Made by a program: the position numbers and the translations under genes. Below the pieces are notes generated by a model. That model saw nothing but the letters and a program-made list of their open reading frames with translations, was not told the DNA's origin and did not search any database. From Spirochaetota bacterium (GTDB lineage Bacteria; Spirochaetota; UBA4802; UBA5550), in contig DAIUKG010000017.1 of assembly GCA_036848375.1 (NCBI GenBank), positions 5,658 through 69,657 of the forward strand: a stretch of DNA of 64,000 nt, written 5' to 3'. The first letter of the stretch is position 1. Each line of letters opens with the position of its first letter. Positions 46,237 through 56,392 of the stretch are shown in pieces.

Positions 46237-47838
46237 CTAACCCGCGGATGCTTCATCGAAATTGTTCCTGTGCTCGTTTCCCGGTTTATAGTCCGGGGGA
46301 AATACTTTTATGGCTTTTTCCTTTTCAACGGGACATTTAATTTCACATATCCCGCATCCGATGCATAATTTTTTCTGGACCTGGGGCAGCCGGACTTTTT
46401 TGCCCTTAATTTTTTTTTCGGTGACGATTATCGCTTTTTCCGATACCGGACAATGTTCCTCGCACACGATGCAGTCAATTCCTTTTTTATAGGGCACGCA
46501 CAGGTCTTTGTTGATGACCGCAACCCCGATTACTTTCTTTTTTTTGCGGTCAAGGGCCAGTTTTTCAATGGCACCGGTCGGGCATACCCTGCCGCAGAGG
46601 TTGCAGTTGTATTCGCAGTATGAACGCGATGTATCGAGAAAGGGTGTCCACAGTTTGTCAGGGCCCATTGATACCGGCGCCGGTTTAAGAACACCGGTGG
46701 GACAGACTTTCATGCAGTTGCCGCAGCGTATGCAGCGCTGAATAAATTCATTTTCAGGCAATGATCCGGGGGGACGCAGTTTTCTGGAAACCGGTTTCAG
46801 CGCCGCAGCCAGGGCCTTCCCGTGCATCGTAAGCAGGAAAACCAGCCCGATGCCAAGTGAAAAGGAACACCGCAGGAATCCGTTGCGGTACAGGGAAAGG
46901 CTCGGGTCTTTATCAGCATTTTCCGGTTCAATGTTTTCGGCCGGGGGTGAGGTAAAACTGAAGTATGTTGTGCTGTCAGGGCAGTCCCGCACGCAATCGA
47001 AACACAGGATGCATTCTTCGCGGTGATACCGGTTGTCCGCGGTGATGGCGTTCATTCTGCAGGTGTGCATGCAGACCCTGCAGTTTTTGACGCAGCGGGT
47101 CCTTCTCAGAAAAGGTGACAGCCTCGCGGGGACGGCGAGCATCGCTCCCAGGGGGCAGAGATATCTGCACCAGAACCGCCGCTTGAACAGAAGCAGAAGA
47201 ACGATCACGCTGAAGAGCAGGATGATTTCTGTCGTGTTCTCAAGGGCCGCGAGGTCAGTGGTGAGAAATGAATCGCGCAGCAGATTATAAACATTTTCCA
47301 GAACCGGAAGGTCATACGATGACAGCAGGCCGGTAAAAAAAGCGTTAAGGCCGTTGTTCAGCAGGGGATGAATGACCAGGGAGAACGTCCTCACGAAAAT
47401 AGCAATGGGGTCAAGGACCCAGGCGAATTGAAATCCGGCAAAGGCCGCGGCGAGTATCACACTGAGAATGGCGTACTTGATGAATCTTGTTTTACCGGGA
47501 TTCTTTTCTCTGAAATAGGAGCGGCGCATAAAGGGCTTTTTAAGTGTTCCCAGCAGGTCAAGGAGAGCGCCCAGGGGGCAGATCCATCCGCAGAAAAAAC
47601 GTCCCATGAGGGCCGTTGCCGCTATGAGAATGCCGGCAACGATAAGGCCGAAAAGCACGACCCTCTCAGCTACCGCGGTTGTGATCATGACCAGCGGGTC
47701 CAGATAAAAATACGCTGCCGGGCTGATAAACCGGTCGAGCGGGAACCTCGTGTTCCAGATGATGAAGAGCACCAGGAACACGGAGATCGTCTGGGTTATT
47801 TTCCGCAGCGTTATGAGATTTTTCTGGTCCGGCTTCAT
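46237..47838 (-). CDS. Membrane-bound polyferredoxin (multi-TM with about six 4Fe-4S CxxCxxCxxxCP motifs; NapH/MauN-like)
   Basis: Cys motifs CGNCMKVCPTG, CNLCGRVCPTG, CIVCEEHCPVS, CIGCGICEIKCP, CILCFDCVRDCP and CRVCMHTCRMN are present, together with several TM helices. Confidence 0.65.
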   Translation of the reverse strand: MKPDQKNLITLRKITQTISVFLVLFIIWNTRFPLDRFISPAAYFYLDPLVMITTAVAERVVLFGLIVAGILIAATALMGRFFCGWICPLGALLDLLGTLKKPFMRRSYFREKNPGKTRFIKYAILSVILAAAFAGFQFAWVLDPIAIFVRTFSLVIHPLLNNGLNAFFTGLLSSYDLPVLENVYNLLRDSFLTTDLAALENTTEIILLFSVIVLLLLFKRRFWCRYLCPLGAMLAVPARLSPFLRRTRCVKNCRVCMHTCRMNAITADNRYHREECILCFDCVRDCPDSTTYFSFTSPPAENIEPENADKDPSLSLYRNGFLRCSFSLGIGLVFLLTMHGKALAAALKPVSRKLRPPGSLPENEFIQRCIRCGNCMKVCPTGVLKPAPVSMGPDKLWTPFLDTSRSYCEYNCNLCGRVCPTGAIEKLALDRKKKKVIGVAVINKDLCVPYKKGIDCIVCEEHCPVSEKAIIVTEKKIKGKKVRLPQVQKKLCIGCGICEIKCPVEKEKAIKVFPPDYKPGNEHRNNFDEASAG

Positions 47839-47842
47839 GAGA

Positions 47843-48811
47843 CTAGATGGTCACTTTTTTTATGGATGCCGAAGATATGTCCATCGAGCCGATTTTTTTC
47901 TCCGCTCCGCGAACGATGTAACCGACATCTGACGGCCTCATGTTAAAGAGCGTTGTCGCGTAAGCATCGGCAAGCACCGGGTCAGGGCCGGCGATAATCG
48001 TTTTTCTCGTTTCAACATCATTCGTGTTCCCCCCGCTGGGGCCGTGTCTGAGCAGGATTTTATACGCGTCGATTATCGTGAGGTCCGGGTTGATGAACGC
48101 GGTGAGGTCTGCGAGCTTTTTGTCTATGCCCCAGTGCATCTGGCCCCGCGAACCGCCGCATACTCCCATCAGGTTTTTCATGGACAGGGTGAGCCCGGTC
48201 AGGGAATGGTGCTTCGCAACCGGAACATTGATAAAGCAGTCGCATTCGACAGCGTCTTTATAGATCGGCCAGTCCTGCATGGGACTTTCGTAAGGGAAAT
48301 TTGCCGGGATGAATTTCCAGTCTGAAACATAGTATATGTCGCCCCCGGCATCTTTTACGGCGCGGTAGATGCCGCTGTTATGGTAGCACATTTTTTCATT
48401 GTTGCAGGTGTTGTCAAACACGCGCACCTTTTTGGCCCCGGACCGGTAACAGAGGGTGACGAGTTCGTTTACGAGGTCAGGATTCGTGTTCGCGGCGAAT
48501 TCAGGCCCGCGGTTCCATCCTATGTTAGGCTTGATCACCACGGTATCGTTTTTTTTCACGAAAAGCCCGAGTCCGCCCAGCTCATCCAGGGCTTTTCTCA
48601 GCGAGGCGCGGATGTCATCCCCCCTGATGACCGCAAGACTGCAGGCACATGAAACGGCCCGTTTTTTTCGCGGCCTCAGGTTTTTCTCCTGGCCCATGAG
48701 CTGTTTCAGCGCGCCGCCCGCAAAGAGTAAAGACCACACCGCAGCTGCGGAATATTTAAGAAAATTTTTACGAGAGGTCCATGATTGGTGATAAGGATGA
48801 TTTTTTTCCAT
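47843..48811 (-). CDS. DUF362-domain protein with an N-terminal Tat-like (S-R-K-N-F-L-K) signal
   Basis: The N-terminus reads TSRKNFLKYSAAAVWSLLFAGGA. The gene lies 4 nt upstream of the polyferredoxin gene. Confidence 0.5.
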   Translation of the reverse strand: MEKNHPYHQSWTSRKNFLKYSAAAVWSLLFAGGALKQLMGQEKNLRPRKKRAVSCACSLAVIRGDDIRASLRKALDELGGLGLFVKKNDTVVIKPNIGWNRGPEFAANTNPDLVNELVTLCYRSGAKKVRVFDNTCNNEKMCYHNSGIYRAVKDAGGDIYYVSDWKFIPANFPYESPMQDWPIYKDAVECDCFINVPVAKHHSLTGLTLSMKNLMGVCGGSRGQMHWGIDKKLADLTAFINPDLTIIDAYKILLRHGPSGGNTNDVETRKTIIAGPDPVLADAYATTLFNMRPSDVGYIVRGAEKKIGSMDISSASIKKVTI

Positions 48812-49009
48812 GGTGTTTACCTCTTGCTTTCATTTGTTGATTTCCGGGAAGCAGGAACCGGTTCGCGCAGTCCCTGTGTGAATGATATATCACGGAACAG
48901 GGATAAATGCAATTGTTTTTCAGTGCGTTGAAAGCGGAGCGTGAAACCGTGAATGCCAAGAAGTGAATAATATTTGACATGAGAATGAATTTAACGCCCA
49001 TGTTGTGAT

Positions 49010-50134
49010 ATGGATTTTCGTATTGAAAAAACAGACGCTTCAGGTTCCAGGGCCGGATTGATTGACACCGCGCACGGGCAGGTGAGGACTCCGGTATTTA
49101 TGCCGGTAGCGACCCGTGCCGCTATAAGGGCGCTGACCCTGCGCGAACTTGAGGAAATCAATTTTGACATCATCCTTTCCAACACCTATCATCTGTATAT
49201 CAGGCCCGGCCTTGATGTTCTGACAAAGGCCGAAGGCCTGCACCGGTTTATGAATTTTTCCAGGCCGATACTTACCGATTCGGGGGGATTCCAGGTATTT
49301 TCCCTTGCTGACCTGTGCCGGGTGAGGGAGAACGGTGTTGAGTTCAGGTCGCATATTGACGGGTCTCTTCATTTTTTTTCACCCGAGAAGGTCCTTGATA
49401 TTCAGGGAATAATCGGCTCCGACATCATGATGGTGCTTGACCAGTGCACCGAGTATCCCGCTGAAGAAAAGGCCGTGAGCCAGGCCGTCCAAAGGACCGT
49501 GTCATGGGCCGGTGATTCCATCCGGTACTGGAAACATAATTTTGATGCCGGTCAGCAGAGCCTTTTCGCGATTGTCCAGGGAGGAGTGTATCCGGACCTC
49601 AGAAAGGAATGCGGTGAACAACTGGTTGCGCTTGAGTTTCCGGGGTACGCGATAGGCGGCCTTTCGGTTGGCGAACCAAAGGATCTGTATCAGGAAATTA
49701 CCTCTTTAACGTCGTCCCTTCTTCCCGCGGACAAACCCCGCTATATGATGGGCGTGGGAAGCCCCATGGAAATACTCTATGCGGTGAAGTGCGGGGTCGA
49801 TATGTTCGATTGTGTTATGCCGACAAGAATAGCCAGAAACGGGACGCTCTACACCTCACAGGGCAGGATAAACATCAAGGCAGCGCCGTATGAGGATGAT
49901 TTTTCTCCTCTTGACCCCGAGTGCTCATGCTATGTATGCAGAAATTTTTCCCGGGCCTACCTGCGGCATATTTTCAGGATGGGAGAAATTGCCGCGCTGG
50001 TGTATAATACGTACCATAATCTTTATTTCATGAAAAAATTCATGGAGGATGTTCGGGAAAGTATCCTCCAGGGGGCGTTTTCATCTTTTTACCGCAGGGC
50101 TGAGTCAATCTTCGGTCAGGGCAAAAATTCATAA
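49010..50134 (+). CDS. tgt: Queuine tRNA-ribosyltransferase
   Basis: Tgt motifs LTDSGGFQVFSL and the zinc site CxC..C...H (CSCYVCRN...H) are present. Confidence 0.9.
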   Translation: MDFRIEKTDASGSRAGLIDTAHGQVRTPVFMPVATRAAIRALTLRELEEINFDIILSNTYHLYIRPGLDVLTKAEGLHRFMNFSRPILTDSGGFQVFSLADLCRVRENGVEFRSHIDGSLHFFSPEKVLDIQGIIGSDIMMVLDQCTEYPAEEKAVSQAVQRTVSWAGDSIRYWKHNFDAGQQSLFAIVQGGVYPDLRKECGEQLVALEFPGYAIGGLSVGEPKDLYQEITSLTSSLLPADKPRYMMGVGSPMEILYAVKCGVDMFDCVMPTRIARNGTLYTSQGRINIKAAPYEDDFSPLDPECSCYVCRNFSRAYLRHIFRMGEIAALVYNTYHNLYFMKKFMEDVRESILQGAFSSFYRRAESIFGQGKNS

Positions 50135-50285
50135 TTCAGCTCATTCACGGTACTGGAATGGGCCTCAACCCCCTGTTCAATAATTGCTCTATAGAATAAT
50201 TTATCTTGACACGATTTGTTAAGAGATTTATAGTGTAGGCAAATTTTTTTTTCATGTTTGTGATCGTCAGGAGGAAGCATCGGAA

Positions 50286-50624
50286 ATGGATATAAATACT
50301 AGGTCAAAGGGAGAAGTTGTCATTCTTGACATTGCCGGGGAAATTGACCTCTACAACGCGCCTGAAATAAAAGATATCATAAATAAACTTATTGAAGAAC
50401 AGAAATATAATGTGGTGATCAACCTTGAAAAAGTGTCATATATTGATTCTTCAGGAATCGGGGCCCTTATATCCAGTCTTTCAAATTTGAAGAAGTACCA
50501 GGGGGGACTCAAAATCATCAATGTTTTCGCTTCGGTCAGGAAGGTCTTTGAGCTGACAAAGCTGACATCATTTTTTGAAATTTTTGAATCCGAAGAAGAA
50601 GCAATTAATTCATTTAATTTTTAA
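50286..50624 (+). CDS. STAS-domain anti-sigma-factor antagonist (second orphan copy)
   Basis: The SpoIIAA-like motif YIDSSGIGALI is present. Confidence 0.75.
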   Translation: MDINTRSKGEVVILDIAGEIDLYNAPEIKDIINKLIEEQKYNVVINLEKVSYIDSSGIGALISSLSNLKKYQGGLKIINVFASVRKVFELTKLTSFFEIFESEEEAINSFNF

Positions 50625-50680
50625 ATACCGTCTACGGCCGCAAATCTGCCGGGAATAATATCAACAATGAGAGGGTTGCC

Positions 50681-51892
50681 ATGGGCAAGGTGAAAGTAAT
50701 TTTTGGTGTAGCAGTTATATCTCTTTTTGTTTTTACCGCTTGCGGGGAGAAAATCCCTGTCAAGGAAATGGCCCTTGCTAAAAAAGCCATTACACGCGCT
50801 CAGAACGTAAAAGCCGATAAATATGCTCCTGAGGAACTCAAACAGTCCCAGGATTTACTGTTCAGCTGTCATGATGAGATTTTAAAAAACGACATGAAGA
50901 AAGCGACGGAAATAGCGGTTGCCTCGAAAAATCAGGCTGACGCTGCTTATGACAAAGCGGTTCCTCTGCTGGCAAAGGATACGATCGAGATCGCGGAGGC
51001 AAGCCTTGCCGAAGCGGATGAAGTCTATGCTGAAAGCCTGGCCCCGGACGAATACACTAAAGCCTCAGAAGAGCTTGGCAACGCCAATGAACTGTTTCAG
51101 AACAAGAAATATTATGAAGCATATCTTTCGGCTGTGGAAGCTGATAAACTGGCAAAGGATGCGAGAAACAGCGCTATCAGCAAAAAGGACATTTTAAAGG
51201 ACGCTATCACTGAAGTGAACAGGACCATCGACGATGCAAAACAGTATAACGCAGAAAAATTTGCCCCTGAAAAACTGGCTCTGGCTGAAGAAAACGCAGG
51301 CGTGGCATCAGAATCATATGAAGACCTGAAACTGAAAAAAGGGTTCTCGGCCCTTGAAGTTGCCAAAGTGAATGCCGACGAAGCGTATCTCATCGCACTT
51401 GAGGAGACGGCCCGTGAAAAGATAGCTGAAGCCGAAACCCTTGTTGAGCAGGCCGAAGCTTCAGAGGGGGCGGAAATCGCGAAAGATGAAATGGCTGCGG
51501 CAAAAGAGGCCCTTGATAATGCGAAGACACTGAAGGATGAGTCCCGTTTCAAGGAATCCATAGACCTGTCTGAAGAATCGATACGCCTGGCCACAATTGT
51601 TGCCGGGACCAAGAAGTCAACTGCAGTTGCCGCCACTGGCCAGGGTGATACCGGTGAGACCACCGGTGCTACTCAGGGAGACGGTGATGAAGCTACAGAA
51701 GATCAGGGGTATGACCTTTATACCGTGGTCTGGAGGGCAAAACTTAAAGATTGCCTCTGGCGTATTGCTGACCGCTTTTATGGTGACCCGTGGAAATGGA
51801 AAATGATTTATAAAGCCAACACTGATCTGATAAGGGACCCGCACTGGATATATCCCGGGTGGGTTTTGAAAATACCGAGACTGACCAAATAA
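50681..51892 (+). CDS. Lipoprotein with an Ala/Glu-rich coiled-coil region and a C-terminal LysM domain
   Basis: A lipobox VFTAC is present. The C-terminus reads YTVVWRAKLKDCLWRIADRFYGDPWKWKMIYKAN...PGWVLKIP. Confidence 0.6.
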   Translation: MGKVKVIFGVAVISLFVFTACGEKIPVKEMALAKKAITRAQNVKADKYAPEELKQSQDLLFSCHDEILKNDMKKATEIAVASKNQADAAYDKAVPLLAKDTIEIAEASLAEADEVYAESLAPDEYTKASEELGNANELFQNKKYYEAYLSAVEADKLAKDARNSAISKKDILKDAITEVNRTIDDAKQYNAEKFAPEKLALAEENAGVASESYEDLKLKKGFSALEVAKVNADEAYLIALEETAREKIAEAETLVEQAEASEGAEIAKDEMAAAKEALDNAKTLKDESRFKESIDLSEESIRLATIVAGTKKSTAVAATGQGDTGETTGATQGDGDEATEDQGYDLYTVVWRAKLKDCLWRIADRFYGDPWKWKMIYKANTDLIRDPHWIYPGWVLKIPRLTK

Positions 51893-52085
51893 TTGCAATT
51901 ACTCTGTGCGGAAAAAAACTCCATGATAAATCATGGAGTTTTTTAGTTGAAAGATGTAATATATTAAGTAGTTAACATTCCTGGATGATGCCACTCTTAT
52001 TTTAATGAGAATAATTCTTGACTGATGGCAAAGTGGCATATAAGAAGTTCATCAGGCGTTAATTCACGGTATCGACAAGAAGCAT

Positions 52086-53081
52086 ATGAAAAAAGACGAT
52101 AACAGAATTGATGATGAATTTAATCAGGATTCCCTTGATGAGGGGGATATTCAGCTTGATGAGTCAATTCTTTCTTTAGTTGAAGAAGTTGATGAAGAAG
52201 AAAGCTCTGATAAATCAAAGAAAAACATCAAAAAGAAAGCGTCAAGCGATTATACTGACTCATCGATAAGCTGGTACCTTGAACAGATTAACAAGATCAA
52301 ACTTCTTTCAAGGGAAGAAGAAGATTATCTCGCCAGGCTTGCCAGGGATGGCGATGAAAACGCAAAAAATCAGCTTATTAAAGCCAACCTCAGATTTGTT
52401 GTTTCTATTGCAAAAAAATATCAAACCAGCGGTATTTCCCTCCTTGACCTGATAAACGAGGGGAATATGGGCCTGATAAAGGCTGCAGAGAAGTTTGACC
52501 CGGACAGGGGCTTCCATTTCATTTCATACGCGGTCTGGTGGATCAGACAGGCGATTATTCTTGCCATTTCACAGAAGGCGTCGCTCATCCGCCTGCCCCT
52601 GAACAGAACGGCGGACATACAAAAAATTGAGAAGGTCCACAAAAAGCTGGAAAACCGCATGGGCAGGGAGCCTACCGCCTCTGAAATCGCTGAAGACCTT
52701 GACATGGACGATGAAGAAATAAATCACCTCCGCAATATAACCCAGGATTACATTTCCCTTGATTCTTCATACGGCAATTCCGAAGATACGACCATATTGA
52801 GCATGATTGTTGATTCCCGCATCGATTCTCCTGACAAACACGTGCTTGACGAATCTCTCAGTAAGGCGCTCAACGACGTGCTTGATACGTTAACCGACTC
52901 TGAAAAACAGATCATCCAGATGCGTTACGGCCTTAACGATTATGAACCGATGTCCCTGCAGCAGATTGGAGACAAGTTTAATCTTTCAAAGGAACGCATC
53001 CGCCAGATAGAAAAGAAAGCCATCCGCAGGCTTCGCCATCCTTCCAGAAGCCAGAAACTGAAAAGTTTTTTACAGGACTGA
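52086..53081 (+). CDS. Sigma-70 family sigma factor (RpoD/RpoS-like, group 1/2) with an acidic N-terminus
   Basis: Region 2 reads LDLINEGNMGLIKAAEKFDPDRGFHFISYAVWWIRQAI, and regions 3 and 4 are present. Confidence 0.8.
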   Translation: MKKDDNRIDDEFNQDSLDEGDIQLDESILSLVEEVDEEESSDKSKKNIKKKASSDYTDSSISWYLEQINKIKLLSREEEDYLARLARDGDENAKNQLIKANLRFVVSIAKKYQTSGISLLDLINEGNMGLIKAAEKFDPDRGFHFISYAVWWIRQAIILAISQKASLIRLPLNRTADIQKIEKVHKKLENRMGREPTASEIAEDLDMDDEEINHLRNITQDYISLDSSYGNSEDTTILSMIVDSRIDSPDKHVLDESLSKALNDVLDTLTDSEKQIIQMRYGLNDYEPMSLQQIGDKFNLSKERIRQIEKKAIRRLRHPSRSQKLKSFLQD

Positions 53082-53084
53082 TCA

Positions 53085-54164
53085 ATGAAATACTTAATTC
53101 CCGGATTCATAGCAGGCCTGGTTCTGAACCTGTTTTTAACAACCAGAACAGCGGGAACCGAAATCATCCCTGCCTGGACTGATACTGTCGTGCATCTTTT
53201 TAAAACCGAGCCGGCCCCCCGGAAAAGCGGCCGGGAAGCACCCTTTGTTATTAAAAAAGACCCGGCGATTGCGGTAGTCAGCCCGAACGGTATCGTTGAA
53301 GGTTTTCAAAAGCACGAGGGCTTTCTTTCTGAAGCAAACCGGAGCGGCCTCTATTACATCACCTACCAGAAGGTCGGGAAGGAAATTGAATTTTTTAATA
53401 TTTCAGGCGAGCGCTTCTGGAAAACTTCCTCGCGGGAGTACCCATACCTTTCTTTTAACGGGAAGCTGATTTTTCTGCTCAACGGTGACCACAGCAGGAT
53501 CCGGATTTTCGACCTTCACGGGAACAATATCGGTGTAAAAGAAATAGCCGGGAGGCTGTGCACGTGCATCGTTTTTTCCCGGACCACCGATATCGGTGCC
53601 GCGGGATTTGCCGACGGGACGTATTATTCAGTCAACGCCGAAGGGCAGATCATCGCTTCAGGAAGGACCCCGGATAATACGGTGGTAAAAAGTCTTGCCG
53701 TGAGCGACAGCGGGCTGTTTTTGGCTGTGCATTACGGGAGTGATAAGGATGACGGCCTTCGCGTGGTTGATTCGGTTGAAAAAGAATTCGCCGACGTTCC
53801 CCTGGGGTTCCATGCCTCAAAGGCCCCGCTTTTTATTTCTGACAGCGGTAAGGCGATGATTCTTGACCGCGACAGGCTCCTTCTCGTCAATTCGGGCGGC
53901 AAAGAGGAGTTTGTTATTACCGTGCCGCCGGCGCGGGAAGGGCAGGCCTCGATTGACTGCAACGGAGAGTATTACGCGGTCGCTTACCCGGGTGAAAAAG
54001 GGGACGCCCGGCTTGTCATCCTGAGAAAAGACGGGATGGTCCTTTACAGCAGGCAATATCTCAATGAACCCTATCTCGTTGCCGAATTCAGGCAGGCCCT
54101 GCTTCTTGCAAAAGGCGCCGAGAATCTATACTGTTATACTGTCCGCTCTCCAGAAGGTCAATGA
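53085..54164 (+). CDS. Hypothetical N-terminally anchored, beta-rich (propeller-like?) protein co-transcribed with the sigma factor gene
   Basis: A 4-nt gap separates it from the sigma gene. An N-terminal TM helix is followed by a repetitive Gly/Asp-rich periplasmic region. Its 3' end overlaps the convergent GT2 gene by 77 nt. Confidence 0.35.
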   Translation: MKYLIPGFIAGLVLNLFLTTRTAGTEIIPAWTDTVVHLFKTEPAPRKSGREAPFVIKKDPAIAVVSPNGIVEGFQKHEGFLSEANRSGLYYITYQKVGKEIEFFNISGERFWKTSSREYPYLSFNGKLIFLLNGDHSRIRIFDLHGNNIGVKEIAGRLCTCIVFSRTTDIGAAGFADGTYYSVNAEGQIIASGRTPDNTVVKSLAVSDSGLFLAVHYGSDKDDGLRVVDSVEKEFADVPLGFHASKAPLFISDSGKAMILDRDRLLLVNSGGKEEFVITVPPAREGQASIDCNGEYYAVAYPGEKGDARLVILRKDGMVLYSRQYLNEPYLVAEFRQALLLAKGAENLYCYTVRSPEGQ

Positions 54165-54990
54165 CGCGCTGAACCTCAAGAGCGAATTCTTCTTTGCCTC
54201 TTTTTTTCGCGCCGGAAAGAAGGATGCGTGATTTTTGCAGCGCAATATCCCGGGTCCTGGTGAGGTATTCACCGCTTTCAATCAAACCGCTTATGAGCAT
54301 ATTTACCAGCGAGTATATCCTGAACCGGTCCATGCCCCAGTATTGCTGCGAGAGCTGGTCGTCGTGCCCGCCATGCCTGACGTTGAGTTCTTTTTTAAGC
54401 AGGCCGACTTTTTCGCGCGCGGTTATTTTAAGCCAGAGGTCATAATCTTCACACGCGGGTAGAGATTCATCGAACATGCCGTAGCGGTCAAAGAGTTCGC
54501 GTGAGACCACCACTGATGAGGGGCTGATCAGGCACAGCTCCAGCGAGTTCAGGTAAATGCTTCCTTCAGGCTTGATGTGCCTGAGCCCGGGATTGACCCT
54601 CTTTCCCTTCCTTATCCACTGCTCTTCGCACTGGCTGATTTTTATATCCGGGTGCGCGGCAATATAGCTGCTCTGTTCTTTTAATTTATCGGGGTGCCAC
54701 AGGTCGTCCGAGTCAAGAAAGGCGCACCACTTCGCGCGGGAAAGCCGTATTCCCCGGTTTCGTGCCGCGCTCACGCCGCAGTTGTCCTGACGCAGGTATA
54801 TCATCCTTCCCCGAAACGTGTCAGCCAGGAGCGGGGTCGAATCAGTGCTCCCGTCGTCGACCAGGATCAGCTCGTAATCGGAAAAAGTCTGGGCCAGCAC
54901 CGAATTCACCGCGCGTCCGGCCAGCTCGTGCCTGTTATAGGTCGGTATTATTACTGAAAAAAAAGGCATTGTCCTGTTTCGTGGTGTCAT
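54088..54990 (-). CDS. Family 2 glycosyltransferase
   Basis: A GT2 core is present: FSVIIPTYNR...LILVDDGSTD...FLDSDD. Confidence 0.75.
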   Translation of the reverse strand: MTPRNRTMPFFSVIIPTYNRHELAGRAVNSVLAQTFSDYELILVDDGSTDSTPLLADTFRGRMIYLRQDNCGVSAARNRGIRLSRAKWCAFLDSDDLWHPDKLKEQSSYIAAHPDIKISQCEEQWIRKGKRVNPGLRHIKPEGSIYLNSLELCLISPSSVVVSRELFDRYGMFDESLPACEDYDLWLKITAREKVGLLKKELNVRHGGHDDQLSQQYWGMDRFRIYSLVNMLISGLIESGEYLTRTRDIALQKSRILLSGAKKRGKEEFALEVQRVIDLLESGQYNSIDSRRLLQEAGPA

Positions 54991-55152
54991 CCATTAATTT
55001 TTTGAACCGGTTCCTGGTGCATTTAAAGAGCAGTGGACAGTCCCCTGTCAACAACATTATACCCGGCCCAGTTGCCAGAAAAACAGTTTGACACCGGTTT
55101 TCATGATGCGTATTCTCGAGAGTCGCTATTATTTGAATCAGGCGGTGAATGA

Positions 55153-55947
55153 ATGAACCAGGACCAGGTCAGGGAAAGGCTGCAGCGTCTGGACAATTCT
55201 GTTCCGGACTTTACGGTCGTTTTTACGGGAAAAACAAGCAAACGGGTGGACGGGCTGTACAAGCCCGATACCTGCGAGATACTCATCCACAACAAGAATT
55301 TTGAAGAGGACAATGTGCTCATGTATACCGCGATTCATGAATTCGCGCACCATGTCCAGTTTACCTCTTCGGATTCACCGGTAGCGTCACGGGTTCATTC
55401 AACCGGGTTCTGGGACATCTTTCACCGGCTTCTTTTCAGGGCTGAAGAAATCGGAATTTACAACAATATTTTCGAAAGCGACCCGGCCTTCAGTGCGATA
55501 ACGGGCAGGATCAGGGAAAAGTTCCTCTCGGTCAACGCGTCGCTGATGAAGGAATTCGGCGAGCTGCTTTTTGAGGCCAGAAAATTATGCCATGAAAAGC
55601 ACGCCAGCTTTGAAGATTATGTGGACAGGGTCCTGCAGCTTCCCCGGTCAGAGGCGCGCAGCCTGATCTCGATCCACCGGACCGGGGTGAACCCCGCGAT
55701 CGGATACGAGAACATGAAGACCGTGGCACGGATACGGGACGATGACGCGCGCCGGTCGGCAGAGGAGGCGTTCCTCGAAGGCAAAAGCCCGGACATGGTC
55801 AGGGCCGAATTCAGGCCGCGCAACATCCCCGATGACAAGCTCGGGCGCCTGATTGAGGAAAAAAACAGGCTTGAGCGCAACCTGGAAAATCTGACCGTGC
55901 GCCTGGCAAAAATCGAGCGCGAAATACGCGACCTGGGCGGCCGGTAG
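55153..55947 (+). CDS. DUF45/YgjP/SprT-like HExxH zinc metallohydrolase with a C-terminal coiled-coil extension
   Basis: The motif LMYTAIHEFAHHVQF...HSTGFWDIFHRLL matches the HELxH...FW pattern. Confidence 0.5.
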   Translation: MNQDQVRERLQRLDNSVPDFTVVFTGKTSKRVDGLYKPDTCEILIHNKNFEEDNVLMYTAIHEFAHHVQFTSSDSPVASRVHSTGFWDIFHRLLFRAEEIGIYNNIFESDPAFSAITGRIREKFLSVNASLMKEFGELLFEARKLCHEKHASFEDYVDRVLQLPRSEARSLISIHRTGVNPAIGYENMKTVARIRDDDARRSAEEAFLEGKSPDMVRAEFRPRNIPDDKLGRLIEEKNRLERNLENLTVRLAKIEREIRDLGGR

Positions 55948-56001
55948 CACCGTCGGCCGGTCAGCCGCCGGGGGTAGGATCTCCGGTGATGTTATAATGC
56001 C

Positions 56002-56349
56002 ATGAGCGAGAAAGACTATTACATATATATCTTGAGGTGTGAAAGCGACCGCCTTTACACGGGATACACGGATGACATGCAGAAGCGCTTCAGGGCCCAC
56101 TGCGGGGGCGCGGCGGGCGCGAAGTTCACCAGGAGCTTCAGGCCCCTGGGGATTGCCCAGTGCTGGCATGCCCGCGTTGGGAAAGGAACGGTTCTGAAGA
56201 TCGAGCTTCTCATCAAGAAATTAAACAGGCAGAAAAAAGACGAACTCATAAAGACGCCGGCAGATCTTGAACAACTCGTTGCCGGAACTATCGGGCTTGA
56301 CGGGAGAATCAGGCCCTGCCTTGATGAAGTCATTGCCCTGTGCACCTGA
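56002..56349 (+). CDS. GIY-YIG nuclease-domain small protein
   Basis: The N-terminus reads YYIYILRCESDRLYTGYTDDMQKRFRAH. Confidence 0.7.
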   Translation: MSEKDYYIYILRCESDRLYTGYTDDMQKRFRAHCGGAAGAKFTRSFRPLGIAQCWHARVGKGTVLKIELLIKKLNRQKKDELIKTPADLEQLVAGTIGLDGRIRPCLDEVIALCT

Positions 56350-56392
56350 AAGGAGGGCCGCGGGGCATGCTGTAATTTTATAAACAGGGGTT

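Noticed and set aside
47843-47960. Calling the DUF362 protein firmly Tat-exported
   Set aside because: The motif is S-R-K-N-F-L-K (RK, not RR), so only a tentative Tat-like signal is claimed.
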